From positions 736,001 to 800,000 of the forward strand of contig CAWAIF010000003.1 in assembly GCA_963782055.1 (NCBI GenBank): 64,000 nucleotides of DNA, given 5' to 3'. The stretch's first letter is position 1. Every line of letters starts with the position of its first letter. Position numbers and translations under genes: made by a program. The notes under the pieces were generated by a model, which made no database searches, was not told the origin of the DNA, and was given only the letters and a program-made list of their open reading frames with translations. Positions 20,861 through 31,975 of the stretch are shown here, piece by piece. Source of the DNA: an uncultured delta proteobacterium. Its GTDB lineage: Bacteria; Myxococcota_A; Polyangia; Polyangiales; Polyangiaceae.

Positions 20861-22126
20861 TCACTTCACCGCGTCGAGCTTGGCGCGCTTCGGGATGACC
20901 ACCAGCCCGTTGTCGGAGACGAAGAACCGCCGCCGGTCCGCCTCGCGGTCGTAGCCGATGACCGTGTTGGGCGGGATCTCCACGTCCTTGTCGATGACGC
21001 ACTTGCGGATGCGCGCGTGGCGGCCGATGCGCACCCGCTCGAAGAGCACGCTCTCCTCCACCTCGCTGAAGGAGTTGATGCGGCAGCCGATGCCGAGCAC
21101 GCACCGGTGGATGCGGCCGCCGGAGATGATGCACCCGTCGGCGACGAGCGAGTCGGTCGCGATGCCCACGCGCGCCTGCGCCTCCTCGCGGAAGACGAAC
21201 TTCGCCGGGGGCTCGTGCGTCATGCCCGTGCGGATGGGCCAGCGGCTATTGTAGAGGTTGAACGCCGGCTGGATGGCGATGAGGTCCATCTGCGCCTCCC
21301 AGTACGCCTCCAGCGTGCCGATGTCGCGCCAGTAGCCGCGCCCCGCGCCCGTCGGCTCCTCGCCGGGGACCAGGTTGTTCGCGAAGTCGTACGCGTAGAC
21401 CGCGTGCCCCTCCTTCACCATCGTCGGCATGATGTTGTGACCGAAGTCGTGCTTCGACTCCTCGCGCCCTGCGTCCGCCTCCAGCGCGGAGAGCAGGAGG
21501 TCGGTGTGGAAGATGTAGTTGCCCATCGACGCGAGGCACATGTCGGGGCGGCCGGGCATGCTCGGCGGGTCCGCCACCTTCTCGTGGAAGGCGAGCACCC
21601 GGCCGGCCTCGTCGATCTCCAGCACGCCGAAGTCGCGCGCCGTCTTCTTCGGCACCGGGATGGCGGCGATGGTCGCGTCCGCGCCCGACTTCTGGTGGAA
21701 GTCGATCATCTGCCGGACGTCCATCTTGTAGACGTGGTCGCCCCCGAAGATGATGACCAGCTCCGGCTTCTCGTCGGTGATGACGTGCTGGCACTGGTAG
21801 ACCGCGTCGGCCGACCCGCGGAACCACGACTTGCCCGTGCGCTGCTGCGCGGGGATCGCCTCGATGAACTGGTCGAGCATGGGCGAGAGGCGCCACACGC
21901 GCGCGATGTGCTCCTCCAGCGAGGCGCTCTTGTACTGCGTCAGGATCTTGATGCGGGCGAGCCCGGAGTTGACGAAGTTGGAGAGGACGATGTCGATGAT
22001 GCGGTACCGCCCGCCGAACGGCACGGCCGGCTTGGCGCGGTCCAGCGTGAGCGGGTACAGCCGCTTCCCCTCGCCGCCCGCGAGGATCATGACGAGCAGC
22101 TGGCTCGGCTCGAAGGTGGACGGCAT
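20861..22126 (-). CDS. glgC: Glucose-1-phosphate adenylyltransferase
   Basis: [47 protein letters not shown] and YWRDIGT. Confidence 0.97.
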   Translation of the reverse strand: MPSTFEPSQLLVMILAGGEGKRLYPLTLDRAKPAVPFGGRYRIIDIVLSNFVNSGLARIKILTQYKSASLEEHIARVWRLSPMLDQFIEAIPAQQRTGKSWFRGSADAVYQCQHVITDEKPELVIIFGGDHVYKMDVRQMIDFHQKSGADATIAAIPVPKKTARDFGVLEIDEAGRVLAFHEKVADPPSMPGRPDMCLASMGNYIFHTDLLLSALEADAGREESKHDFGHNIMPTMVKEGHAVYAYDFANNLVPGEEPTGAGRGYWRDIGTLEAYWEAQMDLIAIQPAFNLYNSRWPIRTGMTHEPPAKFVFREEAQARVGIATDSLVADGCIISGGRIHRCVLGIGCRINSFSEVEESVLFERVRIGRHARIRKCVIDKDVEIPPNTVIGYDREADRRRFFVSDNGLVVIPKRAKLDAVK

Positions 22127-22201
22127 GGCCCGCATGGTAACGAAACCAGACGGATTTGTGTCCATTCGCCGCGGGATTGTCACGTCCGCTACAATGCACC
22201 C

Positions 22202-23032
22202 ATGGCCCGGCCCGTCCTGCGCGAGGTGAAGGCGATCGCCCCCGACGCGATCGCCCCGCGTCCCGCGGCGGTGCACGAGGTGCTGGACGCCGCCGCGGCC
22301 TGCGCGCGCGCCGGCGTGACGGGCGCGATGGCCACCGTCCTGTCACGCCACGGGTCCGCGCCGTCGACACCTGGGCAGAAGCTGTTTCTCTCCGCGGCCG
22401 GCGAGTGCGTCGGCACCATCGGCGGCGGCGCCGTGGAGCGCGAGGTGATCGCGGCGCTGCGCGCGCTGGTCGAGGACCCCTCCCCACGCCACGCGGTGCG
22501 CAGCTTCCGCCTCGGCGCGGAGCTGGGCATGTGCTGCGGGGGCGGCGTGGACGTCCTGCTCGAGCCGCTCGCCGGGCTGGTGCCTTGCCTGCTCGTGGGC
22601 GGCGGCCACGTCGCCACAGCGACCGCGCCGCTGCTCGCGCGCGTGGGCTTCGCGGTGACGGTGGTGGACGCGCGCGACGCGTGGGGCGAGGAGGGCCGCA
22701 TCCCCGGCGTGCGGACGGTGGTCGGCGACTACGACGACGTCGCGCGCGACTGGCCGGCCGGCGCGGTGGTGCTGGTGATGACCCACGATCACGCCCTCGA
22801 TCAGCAGGCCGTCGAGTGGGCGCTGCGCCGCGGCTTCGTGTACGTGGGGGGCATCGGCAGCAAGGCAAAGGCGCAGCGGACGCGCGACAGGCTGGAGGCG
22901 AAGGGCTTCTCCGCCGAGGACCGCGACCGCGTCCGGATGCCCATCGGCCTGGCCGTCGGGGCGCGATTGCCCGAGGAGATCGCCGTCGCCATCGCCGCCG
23001 AGATGGTGGCCTGGCGCCGCTCTCGCCCCTGA
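22202..23032 (+). CDS. xdhC: XdhC/CoxI family molybdenum cofactor accessory protein
   Basis: [43 protein letters not shown] and PEEIAVAI. Confidence 0.9.
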   Translation: MARPVLREVKAIAPDAIAPRPAAVHEVLDAAAACARAGVTGAMATVLSRHGSAPSTPGQKLFLSAAGECVGTIGGGAVEREVIAALRALVEDPSPRHAVRSFRLGAELGMCCGGGVDVLLEPLAGLVPCLLVGGGHVATATAPLLARVGFAVTVVDARDAWGEEGRIPGVRTVVGDYDDVARDWPAGAVVLVMTHDHALDQQAVEWALRRGFVYVGGIGSKAKAQRTRDRLEAKGFSAEDRDRVRMPIGLAVGARLPEEIAVAIAAEMVAWRRSRP

Positions 23033-23132
23033 TCTCTCCGCGTGACGCGATGCGACATGCGAACCCCCGTTGTCGGCCACCCGGGAGCGGGACTAGATTC
23101 AGCGCCCACGCTCGCATGCAAGGAGACTCCCC

Positions 23133-24245
23133 GTGATCATCGGCGTACCCAAAGAGATCAAGACCCGTGAGTACCGCGTTGGAATGACCCCCGCCGGGGT
23201 CCGCAGCCTCACGGCGCGCGGGCACAAGGTGCTGGTGGAGAAGAGCGCAGGGGAGGGCAGCGGCATCAAGGACGCGGAGTACGTCGCCGCCGGCGCGAGC
23301 ATCGTGCCGACCGCCGCCGACGCCTGGGGCGCCGAGATGGTGGTGAAGGTCAAGGAGCCGCTGAAGACCGAGTTCGGCTTCTTCCGCGAGAACCTCATCC
23401 TCTACACGTACCTGCACCTCGCCGCGGAGCCGGAGCTCACCAAGGAGCTGGTCAATAAGAAGGTGCACGGCGTCGCGTACGAGACCATCCAGAACCCCGA
23501 CGGGACGCTGCCGCTGCTCCGCCCCATGAGCGAGGTCGCCGGTCGCATGGCCGTGCAGGTCGGCGCGACGTGTCTGGAGAAGGAGCGGGGCGGCAAGGGC
23601 GTGCTCCTCGGCGGCGTGCCGGGCACCCGCCGCGGCCGCGTCGTCATCCTCGGCGGCGGCGTGGTCGGTCGCAACGCGGCCACCATCGCCATCGGCATGG
23701 GCGCGCTGGTGGCGGTGCTCGACGTCCGCGCCGAGACCATGGCGTACCTCGAGGACGTCTTCGGCGGCGCAGTGGAGACCCTCTACTCCAACCCGACCAA
23801 CGTCGAGCAGCAGGTGGCGCGCGCCGACCTCGTCATCGGCGGGGTGCTGGTGACCGGCGCCGCCGCGCCGAAGCTCGTCACGCGGGAGCTCATCGGCAAG
23901 ATGGAGAAGGGGTCGGTCGTCGTGGACGTCGCCGTCGACCAGGGCGGCTGCATCGAGACCTGCCGGCCGACCTCGCACGACAACCCCACCTACGAGGTGG
24001 ACGGCGTGGTGCACTACTGCGTGGCCAACATGCCCGGAGCCGTCCCGCAGACGAGCACCTGGGCGCTGACCAACACCACCATCTCCTACGCCGTGCGCAT
24101 CGCCACCATGGGTCTGGTCAAGGCGGCCAAGGCGGATCGCGCGCTGCTCCTGGGCATCAACACCTACGCCGGCAACGTCACCTACGAGGGCGTCGCCCAG
24201 GCCACGAGCACCGAGTTCGTGCCCATCGAGAAGGTGCTCGGCTAG
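23133..24245 (+). CDS. ald: Alanine dehydrogenase
   Basis: [36 protein letters not shown] and [19 protein letters not shown] upstream. Confidence 0.97.
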   Translation: MIIGVPKEIKTREYRVGMTPAGVRSLTARGHKVLVEKSAGEGSGIKDAEYVAAGASIVPTAADAWGAEMVVKVKEPLKTEFGFFRENLILYTYLHLAAEPELTKELVNKKVHGVAYETIQNPDGTLPLLRPMSEVAGRMAVQVGATCLEKERGGKGVLLGGVPGTRRGRVVILGGGVVGRNAATIAIGMGALVAVLDVRAETMAYLEDVFGGAVETLYSNPTNVEQQVARADLVIGGVLVTGAAAPKLVTRELIGKMEKGSVVVDVAVDQGGCIETCRPTSHDNPTYEVDGVVHYCVANMPGAVPQTSTWALTNTTISYAVRIATMGLVKAAKADRALLLGINTYAGNVTYEGVAQATSTEFVPIEKVLG

Positions 24246-24283
24246 GGCGGGGATCGTCCGCGCCGCCCGCACGTAAGAAGGGC

Positions 24284-25339
24284 ATGCGCGGCCTCGTCGT
24301 TCTAGCGGCGCTCGCCCTCGCGGCGTGTAGCCGTCCCGCGCCCTCCGGTGGCGAGGGGGCTCCGGCCTCGATGTCCGCGGCGCGCGGCGAGACCATGACG
24401 ATCCCGTCGGTCGCCACGCCGCCTCCGGGCAAGCCCGCCGCGCCCCCTCCCGGTGTCCGCCTTCCCCCGGGCGCGGTCGTGCTCCGACCGCCGCAGCCGC
24501 ACGGCGTCTTCGGCCCCGTCGTCGACGGCCCGACGATCTACTACACCGACGGCGCGGGCAACGTCTGGGCCCAAGCCAAGGACGGCTCCGGCCGCCCGCG
24601 CTCCCTCTGGAGCGGCAGGCGGGGCCACGCCATGTCCCTCGTCCTCGCCCGCGACCAGGTCTACTTCGGCGTGACGCCGGCGAACCGGCAGCAGGACAAG
24701 CCTCGCATCGTGCGAGTCCCGAAGACCGGTGGCGCCGCCGTCACCGTCACCGAGACGCCCGACGACGTCATCAACCTGGTGAGCGATGGCGACCATCTGT
24801 ACTTCTCCCTCTTCGACGGCTCGCCCCTGCGCAAGGTGCCGCTCGCAGGAGGGCCGAGCACCATCGTGCGCGCGCCCGGCATCAAGCAGGGCGCCATCGC
24901 CGTCGACGACCGTTACCTCTATGTGACCGACTACCTCCGTAACCTCGTCGTTCGCGCGCCGAAGACACGCGGCGGCGCCGAGCACGTGCTGGCCGCGCGT
25001 CAGCCGAGGCCGGTGGGCATCGCCCTCGACGAGACCTACGTCTACTTCCCGTGCGAAAAGGACGGCAGCATCCGCCGCGTACCCAAGGCGGGCGGCGCGG
25101 TGAAGACGATAGCCACCGGGCAGATCAACCAGGACGACATCACCGTGGGCGAGACCTTCGTCTACTGGGCGAGCTGGGACCGGCGGCCGACGCTGCGCCG
25201 CACCCGCAAGGACGGCTCGCAGCCGCAGCCCGACGACCTGCTCACCGATCTGAAGGACCCCGAGGCCATCGCCCTGGACGGACAGAGGGTCTACGTGACC
25301 AACAAGGGCGACAGCGACATCATCGGCATCCCCCGCTGA
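24284..25339 (+). CDS. Beta-propeller repeat lipoprotein (DUF5050/YWTD-like)
   Basis: Lipobox LAAC and repeated IA(V/L)D..Y(V/L)Y...RVPK.GG units. Confidence 0.8.
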   Translation: MRGLVVLAALALAACSRPAPSGGEGAPASMSAARGETMTIPSVATPPPGKPAAPPPGVRLPPGAVVLRPPQPHGVFGPVVDGPTIYYTDGAGNVWAQAKDGSGRPRSLWSGRRGHAMSLVLARDQVYFGVTPANRQQDKPRIVRVPKTGGAAVTVTETPDDVINLVSDGDHLYFSLFDGSPLRKVPLAGGPSTIVRAPGIKQGAIAVDDRYLYVTDYLRNLVVRAPKTRGGAEHVLAARQPRPVGIALDETYVYFPCEKDGSIRRVPKAGGAVKTIATGQINQDDITVGETFVYWASWDRRPTLRRTRKDGSQPQPDDLLTDLKDPEAIALDGQRVYVTNKGDSDIIGIPR

Positions 25340-25352
25340 AGACAGCCGCGCA

Positions 25353-26696
25353 TCAAGGGCAGAGGGGCTGCCCCGCGCCGGCCTTGTAGGCCTTCACCTT
25401 GGCGATGAAGTTGCCGCCGTCGGACTCCGCCGTCGTCTGGTCGCCCGCGCCCGCGCCGAAGGCGAGGCCGATCGCGTGGGCGGCGGCGACCTCGTCCATG
25501 TGGGCGAAGAAGTAGTCCACGCGGTTGTCCTTCCAGTGGTTGGCCGTCTGGTTCTGGCTCATGTTCCCGTACGGGATCTGCCAGTAGATCGCCGGCTTGC
25601 CGAGCGCCTCGGTGAGCGCCTTCACCCACGCCAGGTCCTGGTGGAAGGTCGGCAGCTTCTGGTTGGTGTCGTCCCACCAGCGGTTCTGCCCGATGGACTG
25701 GTAGTAGCCGGCGTCGCGGTCGCTCGCCTCCACCACCACGAAGTCGGCGTCCTTCTCCCCGGCCGCCGACAGGAACGTCGCGAGCTTCTTCGCCTCGCCC
25801 GCGACGTCGAACTTCGGGTTGGTGTTCATCGCGACGTCCATGTTGGTGCCCCACGCGGAGGCGTGCAGGCCGACCTTCGCGTTGGGCGCGTACTTGCGCA
25901 CCATCGCGATCATGCACTGCCCGAACCCGGCGAGCGTGTTCTCCATCCCGCCGCAGTCGGTCGCGTTGGCGGAGGCGACCGCGCTGGGGATGGAGTGCGG
26001 GTCCGCTCCGCCCTGCTCGGCGTACCCCCAGAAGTCCGGCTCGATGTGCAGGAGCGCGACGTCCTTGCCGATCTGCTTCAGCAAGAACCGCCAGTCCGCG
26101 TAGTAGCGCGCCATGTAGGTGGCGTCGCTGGTCTGCGTCACCTCTGGCGAGCCCTCCTTGACGCCGCTCGACTGCAGCACCGTGTAGTAGGTGAACATCG
26201 GGATCTGCCCCGCGCCCTTCGCGGTGGAGACGAAGGCGCGCGCGTAGCCGCCGGGCGGGTCCTTGTCGTACTGCCAGCAGCCCCACCACCCGCAGCCGCC
26301 GGCGTTGTTGGCGCAGCTCTGCCCCTTGGACGTGCAGCCGCTCGCGCAGCTCGTGCAAGGGCCGGCGCCGTCGGCGAAGTTGCCGGAGATGTAGATGTAG
26401 CGGAGGTCGATCGGCGTGCTCGACGCCGTCGCGTCCTGCATCGTCCCGCCGACGAGCAGCTTGCTCTTGCCCAGCCCGCCCAGGAGCGACGAGCCCAGGC
26501 ACGACTCCACCGCGCCGTCGCCCTGCGTGCCGCCGCCGTCGTTTCCGCCGCCGCCGTCGGTCTGCGCGTTGCCGCCGTCGCCCGCCGGCGCCCCGCCGTC
26601 CGGCCCCGCATGCGTGGTGTCGTCGCCGCAGCCGCCGCAGCTCGCGGCGACGCAGGCCGCCACGAGCATCGCCCCGAAGGTACCGACCTTGCGCAT
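25353..26696 (-). CDS. Lipoprotein, putative glycoside hydrolase-like
   Basis: Lipoprotein signal, DGG linker, and LHIEPDFWGY, SDRDAG and WQIPYGN motifs. TACAAT lies 7 nt upstream of ATG. Confidence 0.65.
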   Translation of the reverse strand: MRKVGTFGAMLVAACVAASCGGCGDDTTHAGPDGGAPAGDGGNAQTDGGGGNDGGGTQGDGAVESCLGSSLLGGLGKSKLLVGGTMQDATASSTPIDLRYIYISGNFADGAGPCTSCASGCTSKGQSCANNAGGCGWWGCWQYDKDPPGGYARAFVSTAKGAGQIPMFTYYTVLQSSGVKEGSPEVTQTSDATYMARYYADWRFLLKQIGKDVALLHIEPDFWGYAEQGGADPHSIPSAVASANATDCGGMENTLAGFGQCMIAMVRKYAPNAKVGLHASAWGTNMDVAMNTNPKFDVAGEAKKLATFLSAAGEKDADFVVVEASDRDAGYYQSIGQNRWWDDTNQKLPTFHQDLAWVKALTEALGKPAIYWQIPYGNMSQNQTANHWKDNRVDYFFAHMDEVAAAHAIGLAFGAGAGDQTTAESDGGNFIAKVKAYKAGAGQPLCP

Positions 26697-26815
26697 GCGT
26701 CCGATTGTAGCTCCCCGCGGTCCTGGAAGAGACGGGGAAGGAGCTCCGACGCACGATCTGCCAGCCGGCACACACGAGCGTACCCTCCTCTGACCTCTTG
26801 CGCCTTCCCCCTTGA

Positions 26816-27897
26816 GCGGGCAACGGCAACACCACGACCGTCGACATCTCCGCCGTCTACAACGGCGACATGCAGATGTTCGTCACCGGCGGCGACGGCG
26901 TCCCCAACGGCGACGGAACCTCCGGCATGCTCGGCTCGGTGGCCGAGGACGTCGTGCCGTATGCCGATCCGCGCAACGTCGGGCAGACCATCGACTACGC
27001 CGCCCCGGCGAACGCGGATCTCTACGCGCGTGGCCTGCGTGTCGGCTATACGCCCCTGACGATCACGACGCGCGCGACGCTTCCGCACGGCGGAGTACTC
27101 GGTCCTGTGCTGTCACAGGGCACGCTGCGGCTGGACCCGTCGGTGATCCTCGTGCCGGTGCAGGTGGTCGTCGTCTGGAGCGACGATGACGCGGTGGACC
27201 CGCTGCTCCGGACCTTGCCGGCGCAGCTCAACGTGTGGGACCAGTGGCAGCCGGTCAGCAACCCGTTCCACGGGTCCGACCAGGGAGACCTCACGGTCAG
27301 CTCTCGCACCCTGGACCTGTGGATGGATCGCAAGACGCTCAGCGGGTGGAATGGCTTGCCCTACAGCGCGTACAGCAGAAGCTACGTGGATGAACAGGGG
27401 AGCTTCACGGGATACTTCACGCCCGATTCGATCTGGCAGTCGTGCGGCGTGCAGTTCCGGCTCGTCAACTTCCTGCGGATGCACGTCGATCGCCTCCACA
27501 ACAAGGTGAGCAACCTCACCCCGGGCGAACCGTGCAACGACCTGCTCTCCATGGCCGGTCAGCTCTCCGGCTTCCTCTCCGAGGTCCCCACCGTCATCTT
27601 CACGCGCACGTATTCGGGCCAAGGCGGCGCCATCGGCGGCGATACGTTCGGCCAGACGATCGATCTCGGTGGCACCCAGCCGGTGAGCTGCTTGACGTGG
27701 TACGCCTCCGGACCGCCGGCGGTCCTGGCGCACGAAGTGGGTCACTGGACGGGCGCGCTGATTGTCCTTCCGGCTGCAGCAGCCCTTCTTGCCACATGAT
27801 GTGCTCGACCAACGTCCGGCCGCCGCCCAGCGCGAGCGAGTGCAACGCCATGCACAGCTGGGCGTCCAGCAATTTCGCGACCTTCTTCCCGCACTGA
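26816..27897 (+). pseudogene. Metzincin-like zinc metalloprotease, frameshifted at ~27760 and probably 5'-truncated
   Basis: ORF 26870-27799 ends HEVGHWTGAL. The -1 frame continues DCPSGC...CHMMC to the stop at 27897, restoring HExxHxxGxxD and a Met-turn. No signal peptide. Confidence 0.6.
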
Positions 27898-27901
27898 TCC
27901 C

Positions 27902-28906
27902 ATGCGTCGCATCTTCCTCGGTATGGTCGCGCTCGTGCTCGTCTCCCGCTGCGGGGGAGAGGTGGCGGGACCGCCCATCCCGCCCTCCGCGACCGACTTC
28001 CCGCCGCCCGAGGCCGGTGCCGTCCCGTACGATCCTGCGATTGGCGCGCTGGGTACCGTCCCCGGTGGGGTGGCGTACATCGGTTGGTGGCAGATGGATG
28101 CTCACTTTGGCTCCGACGGCTACACAATGGACGGGTTCACCCTCTCTCCGCGGGCGTGCTCGCCCGCCTTCATGGAGCACGCCAGGGTCATCGTGGCGCC
28201 CTTTCGACTCATGATCACCGAGGTGACCAACGCGGCCTATGCGCGCTGTGTGAACGAAGGCGCGTGTGGCGCCCCTCAGCTCGGGGACGACGCGGTGCAC
28301 TTTCCGAATATCCGGCCGCCGTGGGATGCTCCTGGAGAGGCACGCAAGCCCGTGGCCGTTTCGTGGCGGCAGGCGCGAGCGTTCTGCCGGCACTACGGCG
28401 GCGATCTCCCGACGCCCGGGCAGTTCGCGCGGGCGAGCGATCCGGACACCGACAGCCCGGGGATCCCATCCATGATCGGGCTGCTGCAAGACTGCTACGC
28501 CCACCCCGCCGAGTCCCCGGAGTGCGAGCACGTCGGGCATCCGGCGGACGCTCCGCAGCAGGGCGCGCCCACCCTGACGAACGGCGGCCTGCTCCTCGAC
28601 GTGGGGTCCTTTCCGCAGGACACCGGGCCCTTCGGCCAACAGGATCTGTTCGCCAACGCCGCGGAGTGGGAGCGCGCGGGCGTACCGGCGGTCGTCTTGG
28701 ACGCGTGCACGTGGCCGCTCTACGATCACGATGTCTATCCGCCGCCGGAGCAGCCGCCGCATGGTTTCACCTACTTCCCTCCGGGTACCCTCTCCAACGG
28801 GGATGTGTTGCCCGACTACGAAGCCACCGATGGCGACCTGGGGACGGCGATCACCGGGTTCCGCTGCGCGTTCCCTGTTCCGGACACCGGCGGAGGCTCC
28901 CCGTGA
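27902..28906 (+). CDS. FGE-sulfatase (SUMF1-like) domain lipoprotein
   Basis: EVTNAAYARCV, VSWRQARAFC, DLPT, GPFGQQDLFANAAEW and GFRCA. Confidence 0.85.
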   Translation: MRRIFLGMVALVLVSRCGGEVAGPPIPPSATDFPPPEAGAVPYDPAIGALGTVPGGVAYIGWWQMDAHFGSDGYTMDGFTLSPRACSPAFMEHARVIVAPFRLMITEVTNAAYARCVNEGACGAPQLGDDAVHFPNIRPPWDAPGEARKPVAVSWRQARAFCRHYGGDLPTPGQFARASDPDTDSPGIPSMIGLLQDCYAHPAESPECEHVGHPADAPQQGAPTLTNGGLLLDVGSFPQDTGPFGQQDLFANAAEWERAGVPAVVLDACTWPLYDHDVYPPPEQPPHGFTYFPPGTLSNGDVLPDYEATDGDLGTAITGFRCAFPVPDTGGGSP

Positions 28907-29304
28907 CGCGCCTCTCGGTCCTGCTCCTCGCCGCCACCCTCGCGGGCTGCGGAGGTACCGTCTCCGTTCCCCCGGACGGGCGCACCGACGCCGCCGTCAC
29001 CGGGGACGCCGCGCCCGACGCGAGCACCGCTCCTGACGCGGGGACGTGCGCGCCCTTCCTCCGCCCGCCGTCCGACCAGGGGAAGTTCTGCACGCTCGCG
29101 TGCAACCTGGAGTACGCGCGCGATCCGAAACTCTACGACTTCTGCACGATGGAGTGCACCGCCCCCTCCGACTGCCCTGCGGGCTTCGTCTGCCATCCAC
29201 TGCCGGTCCCGACGACCACCATCCATGGCTGCTTCTTCGCATGCGACGCCGGCACGCCGTGCCCCAACCCGCTCAAGTGCGAGAGCGAAGGAGTATGCGA
29301 CTGA
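28903..29304 (+). CDS. Small Cys-rich lipoprotein
   Basis: GTGA overlap with the upstream gene, lipobox LAGC, and CTMEC..SDCP.GFVC repeats. Confidence 0.75.
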   Translation: MTRLSVLLLAATLAGCGGTVSVPPDGRTDAAVTGDAAPDASTAPDAGTCAPFLRPPSDQGKFCTLACNLEYARDPKLYDFCTMECTAPSDCPAGFVCHPLPVPTTTIHGCFFACDAGTPCPNPLKCESEGVCD

Positions 29305-29332
29305 GAGGCTCGCACGCACTATCCTGCCGCCC

Positions 29333-30073
29333 GTGAATCGCATCGATCCCGCGCTGGTGAAGGACGTCCGCCTGCTGTGCCTGGACGCGGGCAACACGGT
29401 CATCTTCCTCGACCACGATCGGCTCTCCCGCATCGCGAAGGAGGCGGGCTTCGACGTGCCCGCCTCGCGCCTGGTCGTCACCGAGGGCGAGGCGAAGCGG
29501 CTGACGCGCAGCCCGGCCGACATGGTGGACGTCGCCTGGACCGCGAAGGGCGAGCCCGGCGCCGCCGGCTGGGGCCGCATGATGGCGACCATGTTCGCGC
29601 GCGCCGGCGTGCCGGACGCCGCGCTCCCCGCGCTGGTCGACCGCCTCTGGGCGAGCCACCTGCGCCTCAACCTCTACTCGCGTGTCCCGGACGGCTTCGT
29701 GGACGCGATGGACCGCCTGCGCGCCGCCGGGGTGAAGACGGCGATCGTCTCCAACTCGGAGGGCATGCTCGACCACCTCTTCACCACCCTCGACATCCTG
29801 CAGTGCTTCGACGTGCTGGCCGACAGCGGCAAGCTCGGCGTCGAGAAGCCCGACCCGCGCATCTTCGCGTGGGCGTGCGAGCAGGCGGGCGCCTCCGCCG
29901 CGCAGGCGATCCACCTGGGGGACACGGTCGCCACCGACATCGACGGCGCCCGCGCCGCGGGTCTGCGCTGCGCGCTGGTGGATCCCTACGGCCACTACGA
30001 GGGCCTCTTCCCCGACGTGCCGCGCGTGCCGGGCGTGGTGGAGGTCGCCGACGCCATCATCGAGACCGCCTGA
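29333..30073 (+). CDS. HAD-superfamily hydrolase
   Basis: LDAGNT, VSN, KPDPRIF, GD..ATDI.GA. TATCCT lies 7 nt upstream of GTG. Confidence 0.9.
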   Translation: MNRIDPALVKDVRLLCLDAGNTVIFLDHDRLSRIAKEAGFDVPASRLVVTEGEAKRLTRSPADMVDVAWTAKGEPGAAGWGRMMATMFARAGVPDAALPALVDRLWASHLRLNLYSRVPDGFVDAMDRLRAAGVKTAIVSNSEGMLDHLFTTLDILQCFDVLADSGKLGVEKPDPRIFAWACEQAGASAAQAIHLGDTVATDIDGARAAGLRCALVDPYGHYEGLFPDVPRVPGVVEVADAIIETA

Positions 30074-30128
30074 CCGCACATACTTCTGGATCGCCCCGGG
30101 GCGCGTCGCCCGTATACTCGCCGGTCCC

Positions 30129-31202
30129 ATGGCCAACCACCTCATCGCGATCATCCCGGGGGACGGCATCGGTCCGGAGGTCGTCGCCCAGGCGACGCGC
30201 CTGCTCGATCTCTATCGCGAGCGGCGCAGCCTGCCGCTCGACCTCTGGCAGCTGGACCTCGGCGCCGACCGCTACCTGAAGGACGGCACCACGTACCCGA
30301 AGGAGGTGCGCGAGCGCATCGAGAAGGAGGCGCGCGCCGTCTTGCTCGGCGCCCTCGGGGACCCGCGCGTCCCCGGCCTGGAGCACGCGCGCGACATCCT
30401 CTTCGGCCTGCGCTTCGGCCTGGACCTCTACGCCAACGTCCGCCCGGTCCGCGCCCTCGCCAATCGTCTGGTGCCGCTCAAGGGCCGCGGCAAGAAGGAC
30501 GTCGACTTCGTCGTCTTCCGCGAGAACACCGAGGGCCTGTACGTCGGGATGGGCGGGCAGTTCAAGCGCGGCACCCCCGACGAGATCGCCATCAACGAGG
30601 ACCTCAACACCCGCAAGGGTGTGGAGCGGCTGATCCGCGCGGGCTTCGAGCACGCGAAGAAGCACGGCAACAAGACGGTGCACATGGCGGACAAGTCCAA
30701 CGCCATGCGCCACGCCCACGAGCTCTGGCACCGCTGCTTCTTCGAGGTGGCGAAGGAGTACCCGGGCATCGAGCCGAAGCACGTCTACGTCGACGCGCTG
30801 TGCCTGTACCTGGTGCAGGATCCCTCACCCTTCGAGGTCGTCGTGACGTGCAACCTCTTCGGCGACATCGTCACCGACCTGGGCGCCGGCCTGCAGGGGG
30901 GCCTGGGCATGGCGGGCAGCGCCAACATCCACGCGTCCGACCCGTCGCGAGTCGCCATGTTCGAGCCGGTGCACGGCTCCGCGCCCCCGCTCGCCGGCAA
31001 GGACCTGGCGAACCCCATCGCCAGCTTCCTCACAGTCGGCATGATGCTCGCGCACCTCGGCTGGCCGGACGAGGAGCGCCGCATCGAGGCGGCGTGCGCC
31101 CGTGCGATCGAGGAGAAGAAGTGCACGCGCGACGCCGGCGGGGAGCTCGGGACGAAGGCGACGGCCGACTGGATCCTGGGCGAGCTCCGCAAGGAGCTGT
31201 GA
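30129..31202 (+). CDS. leuB: Isocitrate/isopropylmalate dehydrogenase family (3-isopropylmalate dehydrogenase-like)
   Basis: PGDGIGPEV, RENTEG, DKSN, NLFGDIVTD and FEPVHGSAP. The family is certain but the substrate is not. Confidence 0.75.
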   Translation: MANHLIAIIPGDGIGPEVVAQATRLLDLYRERRSLPLDLWQLDLGADRYLKDGTTYPKEVRERIEKEARAVLLGALGDPRVPGLEHARDILFGLRFGLDLYANVRPVRALANRLVPLKGRGKKDVDFVVFRENTEGLYVGMGGQFKRGTPDEIAINEDLNTRKGVERLIRAGFEHAKKHGNKTVHMADKSNAMRHAHELWHRCFFEVAKEYPGIEPKHVYVDALCLYLVQDPSPFEVVVTCNLFGDIVTDLGAGLQGGLGMAGSANIHASDPSRVAMFEPVHGSAPPLAGKDLANPIASFLTVGMMLAHLGWPDEERRIEAACARAIEEKKCTRDAGGELGTKATADWILGELRKEL

Positions 31203-31306
31203 CGACCAGACACCGGCCACACCCCGCTGCGGTCCCCGAGCGGCACGGGTACGCACATGCGACTGAGCTCGGCCGCGGCTGCGCCACGGCGTGCTATGGC
31301 AACGGG

Positions 31307-31726
31307 ATGCGCAGCACGCTCTTCCTCGTCGGCGCGCTCCTCGTCGCGGCATGCTCCTCGTCCTCCCCGTCCACCGGCGACGCCGGCTCCACAGCCGACG
31401 CCGACGCGTCACCCGGCTCCGACGCGGGCGACGCCTCCGCCGTCGGCGACACCTGGACCAGCTTCGGCCAGGGCTTCTTCGCCAAGTACTGCGTCGAGTG
31501 TCACGCGGTCGGAAACGCCAACCGCGACTACACGACCCTCACCGACGTCGTGCGCGACAAGGATCTCATCCGCTGCGGCGTGGCCTCCACCACCCAGGCG
31601 AGCTGCCCCGCGTTCCCGCCCGCGAGGCAGTTCCCCATCGACAACGCGAGCAAGACCAACCCGAAGCCCACCGACGCTGAGCGCGATCGTGTCGTCGCGT
31701 GGATAGCCGCCGGCCTCCCGCAGTAG
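31307..31726 (+). CDS. Lipoprotein with single CxxCH (putative c-type cytochrome)
   Basis: Lipobox VAAC, YCVECH, and C-terminal PTDAERDRVVAWI typical of small cytochrome-c-like domains. Confidence 0.7.
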   Translation: MRSTLFLVGALLVAACSSSSPSTGDAGSTADADASPGSDAGDASAVGDTWTSFGQGFFAKYCVECHAVGNANRDYTTLTDVVRDKDLIRCGVASTTQASCPAFPPARQFPIDNASKTNPKPTDAERDRVVAWIAAGLPQ

Positions 31727-31798
31727 TCAGAAGCGGGCGGTGGGGGGCTCTCGCAAGCTCGTCGCCCGCTCTGCTCAGCGCGAGGCGGCAGGGGGCTG

Positions 31799-31975
31799 CT
31801 ACGGGGTGCGCTGGGTCGGGGCGTCCACGTCGACGCCGTCCTCCGTGATGGGGTCGTCGTCGTCGCCCAGGTCTTCCAGCGGGATGTGATCGAAGAAGAG
31901 CGTGCTCAGCGCCGCGCCGCGGGGCGGGGCGTCGGTCAGGAGCTTCTTGGTCGCGGGGTCAAAGGCGTAACTCAT
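31799..31975 (-). CDS. Small acidic hypothetical protein (58 aa)
   Basis: GC3-biased codons from ATG31975 onward. Confidence 0.45.
   Translation of the reverse strand: MSYAFDPATKKLLTDAPPRGAALSTLFFDHIPLEDLGDDDDPITEDGVDVDAPTQRTP

Noticed and set aside
27902..28906. True formylglycine-generating enzyme for the arylsulfatase at 62929
   Set aside because: It is a lipoprotein lacking the RGGS...C..C catalytic segment and lies 34 kb away. Only the fold is shared.
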